DNA from: Nemertoderma westbladi
Taxonomy: Eukaryota; Animalia; Xenacoelomorpha
Assembly (NCBI GenBank): GCA_032718475.1
Contig: JAUCBJ010007955.1
Location: 62,001 to 126,000 of the forward strand
Length of the DNA: 64,000 bases
Direction: 5' to 3'
Position numbers and translations under genes: made by a program. Under the pieces are notes generated by a model. That model had not been told where the DNA came from. It made no database searches and worked only from the letters and a program-made list of their open reading frames with translations. Shown piece by piece: positions 52,066 to 64,000 of this stretch; position 1 is the stretch's first letter, and each line of letters opens with the position of its first letter.

Positions 52066-52544
52066 AAGATACACTCTCAATGGGTATTTTTATTTTAGCA
52101 CTACTTCAACATTTTAATGTTATTTATAAAACTTTACCCCTAAGTAAAATTATTTTTTGTTACATCAGAACTAAAAAAGATTTACAGCCTTCTAATATGC
52201 ATCACAATAACTATCAAATGCATCCTAAATATATTTAAATAAATAAATCAGAGTTTAAAATATTATGGTAGATGTTTATCAGTGTGTAACCAGGAATTCA
52301 TCAGAAAACCATTAGTTAGGAATTCTAGTTTTCCTTTCAGAAAACATTATTTTTCTATATTTTATTCATAAACCCGATAAGTATACAATTATATATTGCT
52401 TTTTCTATTAGTTAAAGGCCGACAACGAGAGTTGGTGGGGGAATTTTCTCTTTCCCATACAATTACTAGCAAATTTGTTCGACCCAGGAATTGTGTCAAA
52501 GTGCTCAGCCTACATTTTTTGGTCTTCTATTGAATTAAGCTGTG

Positions 52545-52905
52545 TCAAGTACAATGCACACATCTCCAACCAGACACTATATAACATTGGAGGTGTCTCA
52601 TTGGTTCCCCCAAGCTTGACACTAGAACAAAATCGCCTCCGCTTTGCACGACATTGCTTTCGCCGTGAGGACCAACCAGTGAATAATCTTGTACATTGGC
52701 AGCCTCATGGAGTGAATAAGCATGGTGGACAGCCCATGACTTTCTTGAGACACATCTTAAAGGACACTGGCCTTGAAGATGCGGATGATCTAGCAAAAGT
52801 CATGGGTGATAGGGAGTTGTGGCGGTGCAATTTTGTCGATAAGCCGGCACAGCATTCTTAAAAATGCAGCTGCAATGCAGCATGCCGATCCTAGTAGTAG
52901 TAGTA
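52545..52905 (+). mobile_element. RTE family A 3' fragment
   Basis: RLRFARHCFRREDQPV, WQP; (TAG)n tail. Confidence 0.9.
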
Positions 52906-52981
52906 GAATTAAGTTCTGAAAATAGTAATGATGTTTGGGTATTGTACTAGCTAAACTGAAAGTGAAAAGTATTATTGTATA

Positions 52982-53924
52982 CACCATGTCCCAGAATATA
53001 GTGTCGTAATTCAGTGACACGCCCCACCCCCCCCCCCCCCCCCCCCAACCCCTAATTTTTCTACAAATCGTAATGAGATTGCATGAAATTTGAAACAGAG
53101 ATAGTTTCACCTCCCGACCACTGACTGGGTGAGCCAGAATTTTAATTTTTGCTTTCAATCTTTAGCTACAAGTGTTAAAAAAAGTATCTCCAGCGATATT
53201 ACACCAGTTACACCGCAGTTATTCTTCTACCTTATAGCTGTTTGTTGGTTTGAAAGCTGGCCATGCAAGGATTCCAAATATGTAACACAATTTGAATTTC
53301 GTTGAAAAATAGCTGAGATATGAGCGTTCAAATGTTGCATGGTTTTGCAACGACGCGAGGCTGTTTTATTCTATTAATAAATATATAATATAATAATAAT
53401 ATACTAATAATTATAATATTCTGGAACATTTTTAAATGTATGAATAGCTACGTAATAGTATGATTAAAGATGTAATGCACTGTTGCCCAGCTACGTATTT
53501 GGATAAACAAAATATTCCAGATTATGATGCATTTATTAAATAGAATAAAATAGCCTCGCGCAGGTGCATAACCATGCAACATTTGAACGCCCATATCTCA
53601 GCTATTTTTCAACCAAATTCAAATTGTGTTACATATTTAAAATCCTTACATGGCCAGCTTTCCATTGGAACCAACAAACAGCTATAAGGTAGAAGAATTA
53701 CTGCGGTGTACATGGTGTAATATTGCTGGAGATACTGTTTTTAAACGCTTGTACAGTAGCTAAAGATTGAAAGCAAAAATAAAAATTCTGGCTCACCCAA
53801 TCAGTGGTCGGGAGGTGTAACTATCTCTGTTTCAAATTTCATGCAATCTCATTACGATTTGTAGAAAAATTAGGGGGGGGGGGGGGTGTCACTGAATTAC
53901 GACACTATATTCTGGGACATGGTG
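52982..53924. mobile_element. Tc1/mariner-type foldback MITE; partial copy at 28695-28890
   Basis: TA flanks, TIR CACCATGTCCCAGAATATAGTGTCG extending ~400 bp as a palindrome. Confidence 0.88.
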
Positions 53925-53943
53925 TACTTAGGAGAAACGATAT

Positions 53944-55813
53944 TGTAACAACAATAGAGAATCGGGAAGCCAGAACGCACCGTTCTCCGTTTCCGTTCTC
54001 AGAGCTTTCGTTTTCTTCGGCCGTTAGGCCAGGGATTACGCTCAAAGTATGCACAACAACTTATTTCCAGTGCTTCACAAAGTACGCACAAAAACTTATT
54101 TCCAGTGCTCTACTTAACCCTATTAAACCCGGGGGGGGGTCAATATGACCCCCCCCCCGTGGTTTTTTTATTATAATTCTGAAACAAACGCAGCTGGGAA
54201 TCTGAAATTTTATGACTTTTCCTAAAAATCTATTGTCTTCCTCGTAGTGAAAACCGTTTTCAAAAATATTGGGTACTTTTCGAGTTATAGCACCATTTTT
54301 TAACCCTACTTTTGGCACTTTTTTTGAGACGTTTTTTGAAAATTACATTTCATTAAATATGAATTGTAACATCTCTATTTTTGATTTACACCGGTTTTTT
54401 GGTGTTAGAAATTTGATGGAATTCATATAAATTGATTTAGAAATTTCAAACTTGTTTTTTTCGGTGGGTGCCAAATTTTGGTGCCAGCACCAAATTTTGA
54501 AATAAGTCAATTTTGTAAATTGATAGTTTAAAACTTGTTTTTTACGCAATTGGGGTTTTTTAGGTTTCTGGTTTCGATGAAATATATACGAGTTGCACCA
54601 AGCGTATCAAACTTGTATTTTTCGGTGCTGTGTGCAAATTTTGGTGCTAGCACGAAATTTTGAAAATCCATTCAATAGATAAAATTGTTTGTGACAATTT
54701 ATTTCTTGCATTTTAGAGGTTTATGGCTGTTCTGAATTCAAGGGAATATATAATTATCGAACTAGACATCTCAAACTTGTATTTTTTGGAAGTGGGTGCA
54801 AAATGTGGTGCTAGCACCAAATTTTGAAAACCATCAAATATATCAATTGATTGTGTCATCTTGTTTCTTGCGTTATACGGGTTTGTTAGGGTTCTGAATT
54901 CAATGGAAGCAGTAAAAATTTCATAAGAGTTTTCAAACTTGTATTTTTCGCCGGTGGGTGACAATTGTTGTGCCAGCACCAAATTTTGGAAAATGAGTAA
55001 ATTGATCAGTAGATAGTATCATCTTGTTTCTTGCGTTATACGGGTTTATGAGGGTCCTGAATCCGATGGAATCAATAAAAACAGCACTGGACATCGCAAA
55101 CTTGTACTTTTTGGTGATGGGTACGAAATTTTGGTGCTAGCACCAAAATTTGCCAAATTACGCCGAAAAATACAAGTAGCAATGATCTGGCATATTTGAA
55201 ATGTATTCCATTAGAATCAGCGCCCTAGAAAACCTGAAAATGTAAATTTATAGCATCGTATAAGTGAATTAAAAATTTTGTGTTCTAACTGAAAAGTGCT
55301 AGTTACTTGTTTTTTTCATTTTTTTCCTACGCATAGAGGACTAAACAGCCATTTATGGTAATCATATCATTTTTAAATATTTTCCAAAGTATTTTGCGTC
55401 CCAGAAAACCTGTATTGAAAAACAATTAGCAGAAAAATGTAACTTTCAAATTTTGTGAAAATTGTGCACTACTTGTAATTTTGGTGCTGCAATATTACCA
55501 CCCCAGTACATTTTTTCGAAAATGTTTTTTTTCGGTCGGATCCAGACTAGTGATACCTACGTACACACAAAAAATTAGACGTTTTCGTTAATATTTGTAG
55601 ATTTTAGAGGGAGGGGTCAATATGACCCCCCCCCCCCCCGGTATTTGTACAGCATTTTATAGCCCGGTACTAATAGGGTTAAGGATGAAAGGAAAAGATG
55701 CGCACTGGTTGGTCCCTTCAAAGCATTCGTGCTGAAGCGAAAACTGCCCTGGCCCCCCACTACACCAAGGTGGGACCTATAAAAAAGTACGATAATTTTG
55801 TCTCTTTCAGACA
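53944..55813 (-). mobile_element. Candidate 3' LTR of the BEL/Pao element (~305 bp) split by a MITE
   Basis: Minus strand GGAGTA|TGTCTG start and GTTACA end; partner LTR lies outside the window, so unverified. Confidence 0.45.
54118..55678 (+). mobile_element. TTAA piggyBac-type MITE copy
   Basis: TTAA|CCCTATTA...TAATAGGG|TTAA. Confidence 0.95.
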
Positions 55814-58800
55814 TACTCCGTGAGCGGCGCCCTTTTAATTCTTACAATAGTCCTGAATGTGATGAATATATAAATATTGCTGTTGGGTGTTATGTGAACC
55901 TGTTAACCGTGTCCTCTTTATTATAGGGTATAAAATACTCAACCGTGTAAACAAACTTAGAACATATTCCTGTTGTATATTATTTGTAAAAATATTCGAA
56001 ATATATTCAAAATGAACACTTCTCTCAGTGAACCATTCTTTCGAATGACAATGGATGATCCAAAGTTTGGTAAGTTTTTGTAGTATATGGTTAGTAATTA
56101 TTGCGATTGTTTCATATTTATAATGTGTCAAACTTGCATGGAAAAGTGTCCTGTGATAAATCGAGGATTGATACAGAAAAATCTGACCGGGAAAACGGCA
56201 TATTTCCCATATTAATAATTACACACCCTAATATATATATTTCAATAGATGCGGAATGGAATGTTTTAGGTATATGCACTATTTCCTTTTGTTGAACGAT
56301 ACCGCAAACAGCAACTATGTCTTACTGTTTAGCAGCGCGAGCCGAGCCGTCCGCTAAAATGATTTTACTATTATTTTCTATACGGCTCCGATAAATCGCT
56401 GGCTCCTTTCTCTGTTGATTGCTCAACAGAGAGCTAACTGTAGCTCCTTGTAGCATCATAACTGAGCCAAGCAGGAATAACTAAAACAATAAACCTGAAT
56501 CGGCTCCCTAAGCTACTTAAAATGAGTGCGGGTGGTCTAGCACTCAGTGTCGTCACCTATCACAAAACACTGGAACTTACAGGGCGGAAATGTGATGAAT
56601 GTGTGAATAATTTTATATTTAATAACGGAATAAATCTATTCATTTTCTTAATGACAAAACTTTGCCTTTAGCTGGTTTTAGACCAGCGAATTTACTACTG
56701 TATACTGGATACTGTTATCTGCTCGTTGCCCGCTATTTTCAAATAACCGCCTAGCATGAATAGTCTAGGGTGCTCGAAACAATCACTTAAACTACTCTCC
56801 GCTATGCTTCATTCAAATTCCTTATTTTATTTAATATCTCTAAATTAATTACAGTCATAAATACAATTTGCGTACTAATTACTAGATATTCCAGAATACG
56901 TACTTCTAATTTATTACGTACTGGGTTGTACTAGCAACAGCCTAAATACTGTATTATTTTGACCTAATCAGCAATCAATAAGCATAAACTAAGAAATGGA
57001 AAGCAATCAAGGAAACAGCGCCTAACTAAACATTCACATTTAAGAATCAGGCACTATTTAGCAACACAACACAAATAGCGAAGCAATAAGCTAGTAGTAC
57101 GGCAGATAGCGCTAACTAGACCAGTCAACTAGTGCACTAAAACACCCGTACTTTAGTATATCAGCATACCAGTATGTCAGTCAGTGTAAGACATAAAGGC
57201 CACCCAAAACCACACCTAGGCCTCCTAACTAAAACCAATTTCCCCTTAATGCTACAAGGTTGAGACAAAATCTAGATCGTCAGCCCCCAAATACTGTAAT
57301 AGCGACTGGTCCCCGGTCCTTAACTGATTAGCCCGACCACAACGGTGGCCCCCGCCTGCGTTGCCCGCATTGGATCCTCCGCACTCCCTCCGTCGCTTCC
57401 CCCCGGTGCGCCCGCCGCACCTACTGGTACCTTAGCCCTCCATACTAAAACAAATAGCTACCGTATCGGCGGGCATGCGTTCGCAAACAGTCTGATAGTC
57501 TAAAGAAATCCCCGTAAGGATTATCGCATCTCAATTACGTAGAAATCAAGAGTCAAATGTAGAAATCATAGTTCAAGATTGTAATTAAGAAGTAATCAGC
57601 AGAATCATTATTAACAATTTACATAATTTGAAGAAAACAAAGCAAAGAATTCAAATCGAAATAGGAATAGAAAGCTAACAGGTATAAGGTATACTGAAGC
57701 AGAAAAGCATTAACACAGGAATGCAGATAAGCACATACCGGAACACGGCCAATTTATAGCTGACGAAATAGGTATGACGCAATAATCGTCTCATTGGTCC
57801 AGCAAACCACGCCACCATTAGACTAACCTAGAATACCTGGGCCAATGGGGAAGCCGGGTTGTGATCCCTCTCCCCCTGTTTCACAAATTATTACCATATA
57901 AGGTAATGATTCTGTCCCGGTGGGCTTATAGGTTGCTGGCCATAACATTAATTTCGCGATTATTAAAGCACATTAAGCATAATTCGATATAAAACTAATT
58001 TAGAAAGAAATATAAAAGGAAATTAACACAAGTACACAATTAATTCAGTCAATATTGATAAACGGCAAATTCGTATTAAGGTTTTATAAGAGTTTGCCAC
58101 CATAAATGTTATTTACTAAGATTTTATTATAAAATCACATACGCAAACCACATACTGTACAAAAACGGATGAAATATATAAACTTGGATATTTTATTGTC
58201 CCTATCTAATCACGGCTGTTCATCATTATAACTTATCTAAAATACTCTATACTGTATAATGGGCTGCTTCAGTGCACAGCGCCATATATCGTAACACCGC
58301 TCCAAGGGAAACAAGCAATGTTTCCCTCCAATTGTAGAAGAATATAGGGCGATGTGAATTAACAAAATAAAATTACTTTCAAACAGTTCAATAACTTGGT
58401 TCTATAATAATTCTAATATGTACAAATATTGCCACTGATATTGCATAATTATTTGTTACATACAAATTAAATTTACAAAAATCTTGCTTCCTTTACTGCA
58501 TAATGATTACTACATACAAATTAAATTTCAAAAATATTGCTTCTTCCATTTATTTACAAATTGATGGTCTACCTAAATAATATAAAACGCCCTGGCTAGG
58601 GCAGGTGAAAGGGGTAAGCCAAACCCGCGGGTTTCTATCCCCAATCACCTCCTTCACCTCTTGCTATTAATATTATATCATAATATAATATACACCACTT
58701 ATAAAATTCTAAAAAATGGATATGACTAGTGTATATGAGTCCAGTCGAATGTTTTATCAAAACCTACGATATACATCAGAGCGACGATGATGTATATGTA

Positions 58801-58828
58801 AGAGTTTGTTGCTCCGTGATATGTGGCA

Positions 58829-61800
58829 TCATCGGCTAGCTCCTGGGTCTCTTGGGCTCGCTCCTCTTTTCCGTCCCCTTCCCAGATACACCAGTCTACC
58901 CCCTGAAGACTCTGTTGACGGCGTCCGTGAGGTGTCGCTTCCCGGAACCGGCGATGACGTTCCCTGGGCACCAACTGTCTCCCGGCTGGTACTCCTCCCT
59001 CGGCCTCGTCCCTGCAGGGGCCTCCGCCAACTCTTCTTTCTGCAACTGCACGCGCGCCCTTTCGGACGCCCCTTGCGCCTTTCATTGCAGTTTTTGCGCA
59101 TCGATAATGGCATGATATTGTATGTCCTTGGCTTGATGCTTGCCGAGGACTACTCCTTCTGTTGCTTGCCGTGAGCTATGAGCTCCAGCTGTTGTCACTG
59201 TGGGCGCGGCGGTCCGTTGCTCCTCCACCCGTTCAGCGGTCAATGACCCCAACTGAACATGAGTTAGCAAGAACTCGTTCCGATATTGGAGAGCTGCCAT
59301 TCTCCAATCACCTCGTGCGCGCACCACTTTCCTCGTCTCCAAAAACACTCCCTTCGTAATCCTGTCGCAGATAGCGACGAAATTCCAGGTATATTTATTG
59401 TCCATATCAAGCTGCCGGAAATAAGATCTAATGACCACAACTCCTGTATTCTGCGGAAGGTCCTGGGCGGTTAACATAAACTCTTGATATTGAGGTAGGG
59501 ATTGCAGATATGGTTCGTATGCGACGTGTGATGGATCCACCGCCCAAAATCCGTAGCCAGCCTTAAACGGTAGCCACCTCATCTGGGCTTGAATATGGTA
59601 ATCTGCCACGCTTTCCCACTTATCTAACATCTCCCGAAGGAGGTTAGCGCTGTGGTTCTGGAAGGAATCATCAGGCAGCTGGCACTTCGCGCTACGGTGT
59701 CCCTTTACCCCGCAATATCCACACTGGGAAATGAAGATGGTACACGTATGAAACGAATGGTCAGTCTAGTTGCACCAACGGCAAACCTTGTGCGCCGCTT
59801 CTACCACAGCGTCATATGTCTTTTGACTATGTCTTGTGCTGCCGCATATCTTGCATCTATGCGCTTGCGGAAACCAAGCCATATGAGGTCTCCAATCGGC
59901 TTCGCGCTTCCTTCCTTCCCAATATCTAGAACAATATCATCATCTCCGGTCAAGGGTTGCCGATCTGGAACAAAGTAAACATCCTCGCCTTTGTCCTCGA
60001 TCTCTAATATTTCCTCCCGCGTTCATTTAGGATATGTCTTCTCCACCAGAAGATCCATTCCAAACACATCTACTATCGTCTCAGGCCAACCTTCTCCCTT
60101 CCTCTCTCTAACGGGTCTATCTGCCGCCAAGTGGACGGGAGTACCAAACCCGCGGGTTTGGTTCCCGAACCACTTCTCCAATGCCTCTGGCATCGGATAC
60201 TCCATGGAAGGTCGATCTCCCAAATCTCCGATGTTCTGTCGATACACTCCTTCGAATATCGCCAATCCTCTCCCAACCATCGACGTGTTGTCTAACGATT
60301 GGTTGAAGAACGGGGTTAAGAAACGCTTCATTACATCAGACTGAATTCCTCCCTTCGATCTAACATATTGTTCTCCTCCACATACCAATGGATGGTGCTT
60401 CAGAACTCTCGCAACGACATCCGTGATTAAACAAGTTACCGTGTTCGACTCCAGTACCAAATAATATTGCAACGATGCACGGGGTGGTGCGCAGATGTTC
60501 CAATACTTGCTGCTTAAAGTGGGATTTGAACTCCGCTCCCAGCGACGTGTTATATTCCCCGTACGCCTCCTTGTATTTCTTTTGTGTCTTTAACTTAAAG
60601 TCCCAATTATATAACAAGTGCGCTATAAAGCCCATACCAGGCTTAACAGAGTCAGGGTACTCCCTATAAATCTCAATGTCCTGCGCCCATAGCAATAATA
60701 GCTTGGTATCGACAAACGGTCTCGGCAATCGGTCCTCTAAATCCGTCATAGCGTTAAAATCGCTCTCCAAATCACTTTGAACACCCGATCCCACCTTAAT
60801 GTAATCCTGATTAAGGATCGCCTCCCTAACCTTCTTGGGTAACATCCTGGCGTCGATACGTTCCGCTCCATGCATACCTCCTCGTCTGCATACCTCTAGG
60901 ATCTGTTCTCTAGGGTCCTTCCCTCGCCTATATTGCATCGTTATAATGGGCTCCGGTCTCTCTCGGTCCACTCTCACGCGCATAAACATGTGAGTTACAC
61001 CATCGGCCGCGCGAATTTGAATGCACTTGCTAGTTAAGCATTCCTGGTGAGACCCTCCCTCGTTATCGTAGAACATCACATGCCAATCCTCCAAGGATTC
61101 CTCCTCCGTCTTTCTCCATTGACGCTGGATCTCGTCGGATGGGGTCCACATGCGCTCGATAGCCTTGTGGTCGTCATACTGGGTATAGGAACCCTTCCTC
61201 CTTAGCCACGCCTGGTCTACCTACTCGTCATCTGGGAACGTAGCCACCACGACCCATACCTTTATATATTTGTCTAACCAACCGAACAACTTGCTCTCCT
61301 TCCCCGGAGCTCCAATCTTAGCCAACGTATCATAGTCAGTTATCTGCATCGGGACGTCGCGCAAGAACTTCGCGCACAAAGCTTCCATCAAGCAGTCGAC
61401 GTTCCAATGATCCGTCAACGTCACCATCGGCAAGAATCGAATGGCTTCTCGCGACTCTGGATGATCTACCAACATCGCAGCTTCGTTTCCGCTGGAATAA
61501 TATACCAGTCTAGGTTGAGATACAGCCTGTGGAACAAATCCAGTGACTCTCCTCGCCTCCTCCTGATGTCTATCCGCTCCGCAGTCTTGTATTCTCTGCT
61601 ATATGCTCTTCGAATAGCTGCTTCGCCTTTGCCGCTCGCTCTTCCTGCCGCAATGCATCCATGTCGTCCTGGTGCTCAGGCGTGAGCTTCCTCTCCCGGT
61701 GGGGCGAAGTGAACGTGGTCCAGGGAATCGAGAGTTCCAAACCCGCGGGTTTGGTACTCGAGTCCCGTGCCGCTTCGCGCCGCGCCTCTAGGTCCGCTCG

Positions 61801-62526
61801 GTAAAGCGAAATGGCCGCCGCCGTTTCTATCAAAGCGGGTGTCGTACAGGGTTTAATCTCCGTATATGGGTCCAAAGTCGTAATGGACGGCATAACAGGT
61901 CTCGGAGGTCTCTTTCCACTAAAGTCGATGCTGAGCATCGGACTACTCATCGGGTAACCTCCCTCGTTATTCCTAAGAAACTGATGAGCCTTACACCGCG
62001 TTAATATCGGTTTGGGATTCAGCTCGTTCAGTCGGTCGGGGATCGATACGTCTTGTTTATTCATGCATTCGCTGCATTTGTAAAACAATTGTATATGCTG
62101 AAACCCTTTGGCGTCTCCTCGTCCTCGCCTCAGGTCCTCCGGTAAAGATGCATCCCGTCAAATTGATCTCAGACGGCGGGTAGAGGTTCATCGTGTGACA
62201 AATACATACTCTTGTGGTATAAGTGCGCTATCTCCTCATCAGGGTCGGCGCTAATATCGCACACGTCAAGGGCGAAGTCATAGGGATATCAAGTCCAATA
62301 TTCTCGTTGTAACACCTCCATGCGCGCGGTCTCCCAATGCTCGCATTCTTTCTCTCCTCAATTCCTTATCGTAAGTGGGTTTATATTTCCCATTCAGCTC
62401 CATCACCGATCTCTTGTGATAATAAATGTTTGAGTCTTTACACCCATGCCGGGTGAACGGTAACTCTGCCTCCTCCCTGGCGGTAAATCCTCTCCTCGGT
62501 TCTGCTCGAATATCTTTATCTCCCAT
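58829..62526 (-). pseudogene. Accessory ORF (~1200 codons, decayed): DEDDy/RNase D-like 3'-5' exonuclease plus three CCHC zinc knuckles
   Basis: VMFYDNEG (ExoI), YIKVGSGVQSD (ExoII), PFVDTK, YYLVLE (ExoIII-like); manual translation of 59650-59860 gives CKICGSTRH, CRWCN*TDHSFHTC, CGYCGVKGHRSAKC. Confidence 0.72.
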
Positions 62527-63293
62527 TACTTAATGCGCGTATTATATGTGTATATATATATTCCAATAGTCCGTTACATAAGCGAATTACACTGTGTGTG
62601 AATCAGTTAGATAGTACGGCGGGATAGACTTCCCTAGCTACCTGGCCCGCCTTCTAGCAGTTCAGGTTCGGCTTTCTCGATCCCAGTCTCATTCTTAACT
62701 ACCTTCTAACCTATTCCCATGCATAGCGCAAAAACTTCGGAGATAAACTGGCCATGACCAACTCACTTTTTGATGCCCAAACTACTCTCCAATACTTGTA
62801 CTAGACTACAGTAGTTAGAAAGACATTAGTTAGGGCGCTCGAGTACACCAAACCTGCAGGTTTGATTATCGAACACCTCTCTCCACTGCGAACTACCGAG
62901 TGGGGTCTGTGTACGCCTCTGGTGCTACTAACCTTTAGCACCTTGGTTGTTGTACTGTTGGTACCAATCTGTGGAAGTTACTGACTCAATTTACACTCCT
63001 ACATATAATAGCCGTAACCATGGTGTCTAGATACTATTTTCCAGGCTCTCGACTTTCAAATTACTGTACACCTATAGACAGGTCCTAGAAAGCGTCTATG
63101 TAGCGTTTGGAATTATCTGGGGTTCGCTTATAATTTTTAAAATTTTTAATTTTCCAAACATTTAGGAAAATTTTAATTTTGTTTTGATACCCAAGAGACA
63201 AATTCTCAACACAATTCACCACAAACCCGCTCCTATGCATTTCCGAGTATTTGCATATGAGGAATGCATACGAAGTGAATTTGCGCTCTGGCA

Positions 63294-64000
63294 CTAATTT
63301 TGTTTTGAGGCAGAAGACAAATTATAGTCTCCTGTCTCGATGCGTGTTTCCTCTAGTAACACAATATCCCGGACCGGCCTGTCCAAGGTGTGTAAACCCT
63401 TAGTTTTACACTTCTTTTTGTTCGGACATTTGCACCTTATTTTGACAGTGACGATGCGTACTATATTTTGTATGTCCAGGTGTACGTGCAAGATTATGCC
63501 TGTTTCCCAATATTTTCTCTTTATCACTGGTTCGGTTATTAATACATAGTCTCCTCTTTGGAGGCTCCGAACTGTTTTGTACCATTTTGATCTGGTGGAT
63601 ACTGTGGGAAGGTAATATTCTCGCCAATATTCCCAGAATGTGTACGCTATAAACTGGGTTATTTTCCAGCGTTTTCGACTATATAGGTCGGCACTAATGG
63701 GTTCTGATGCCGGTACAAGAAATGCCGGACTCTGCATAAGCAGGTGATTCGGTGTCAATGCAACACCGTCGGGTAACATAGCTAACGGCCTCGAGTTTAG
63801 AGTATGCTCGATTTCGATAAAAGTTGTTACGAACTCATCGTCTGTTAGTTGTTTATTTACACGCAATGTTTTTGCGATGGCCTGTTTTATAGAGCGAACT
63901 AGACGCTCCCAACTTCCTCCTCTCCAGGGACTTTCTGGGGTATTAAACCTCCACTCGATCCTTTGCGGCAAAAGTGCTGCAGAGATTTCTTTGTTTTGTG
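63294..64000 (-). CDS. BEL/Pao integrase C-terminal part (polyprotein continues beyond the window)
   Basis: WRFNTPESPWRGGSWERLVRSIK, LNSRPL, LTPNHLL, FWEYWREYYL, RPVRDIVLL. Confidence 0.95.
   Translation of the reverse strand, partial: QNKEISAALLPQRIEWRFNTPESPWRGGSWERLVRSIKQAIAKTLRVNKQLTDDEFVTTFIEIEHTLNSRPLAMLPDGVALTPNHLLMQSPAFLVPASEPISADLYSRKRWKITQFIAYTFWEYWREYYLPTVSTRSKWYKTVRSLQRGDYVLITEPVIKRKYWETGIILHVHLDIQNIVRIVTVKIRCKCPNKKKCKTKGLHTLDRPVRDIVLLEETRIETGDYNLSSASKQN

Noticed and set aside
56578-56600. Plus-strand PPT-like GGGCGGAAA|TGT as an LTR start
   Set aside because: Wrong orientation for the minus-strand BEL element and no partner repeat seen
63085-63294. 69-aa ORF abutting the pol stop
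   Set aside because: GTG start, AT-rich, no motifs

Overview
AT-rich animal (probably marine invertebrate) genomic DNA in which nested transposons fill most of the window. Two host genes face each other: the last exon of an aminergic-type GPCR (+, 8288-8566) and a reconstructed 4-coding-exon, ~466 aa Ig-like type I membrane protein gene (-, 36968 to 15516) whose 18.4 kb first intron is full of transposons. Mobile DNA includes RTE and CR1/L2-type LINEs, Penelope-like elements (one with a minimal hammerhead ribozyme), an IS3EU DNA transposon holding nested insertions, five copies of a TTAA piggyBac-type MITE, SINEs and a near full-length Gypsy element with atypical LTR termini. The most unusual region is the 3' half of a BEL/Pao element (-, ~53944-64000). 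It carries a ~7.5 kb accessory segment with a decayed DEDDy 3'-5' exonuclease plus triple CCHC zinc-knuckle ORF and four copies of a frame-independent AAACCYGCRGGTTT palindrome. All calls come from reading motifs by eye; no database searches were run.
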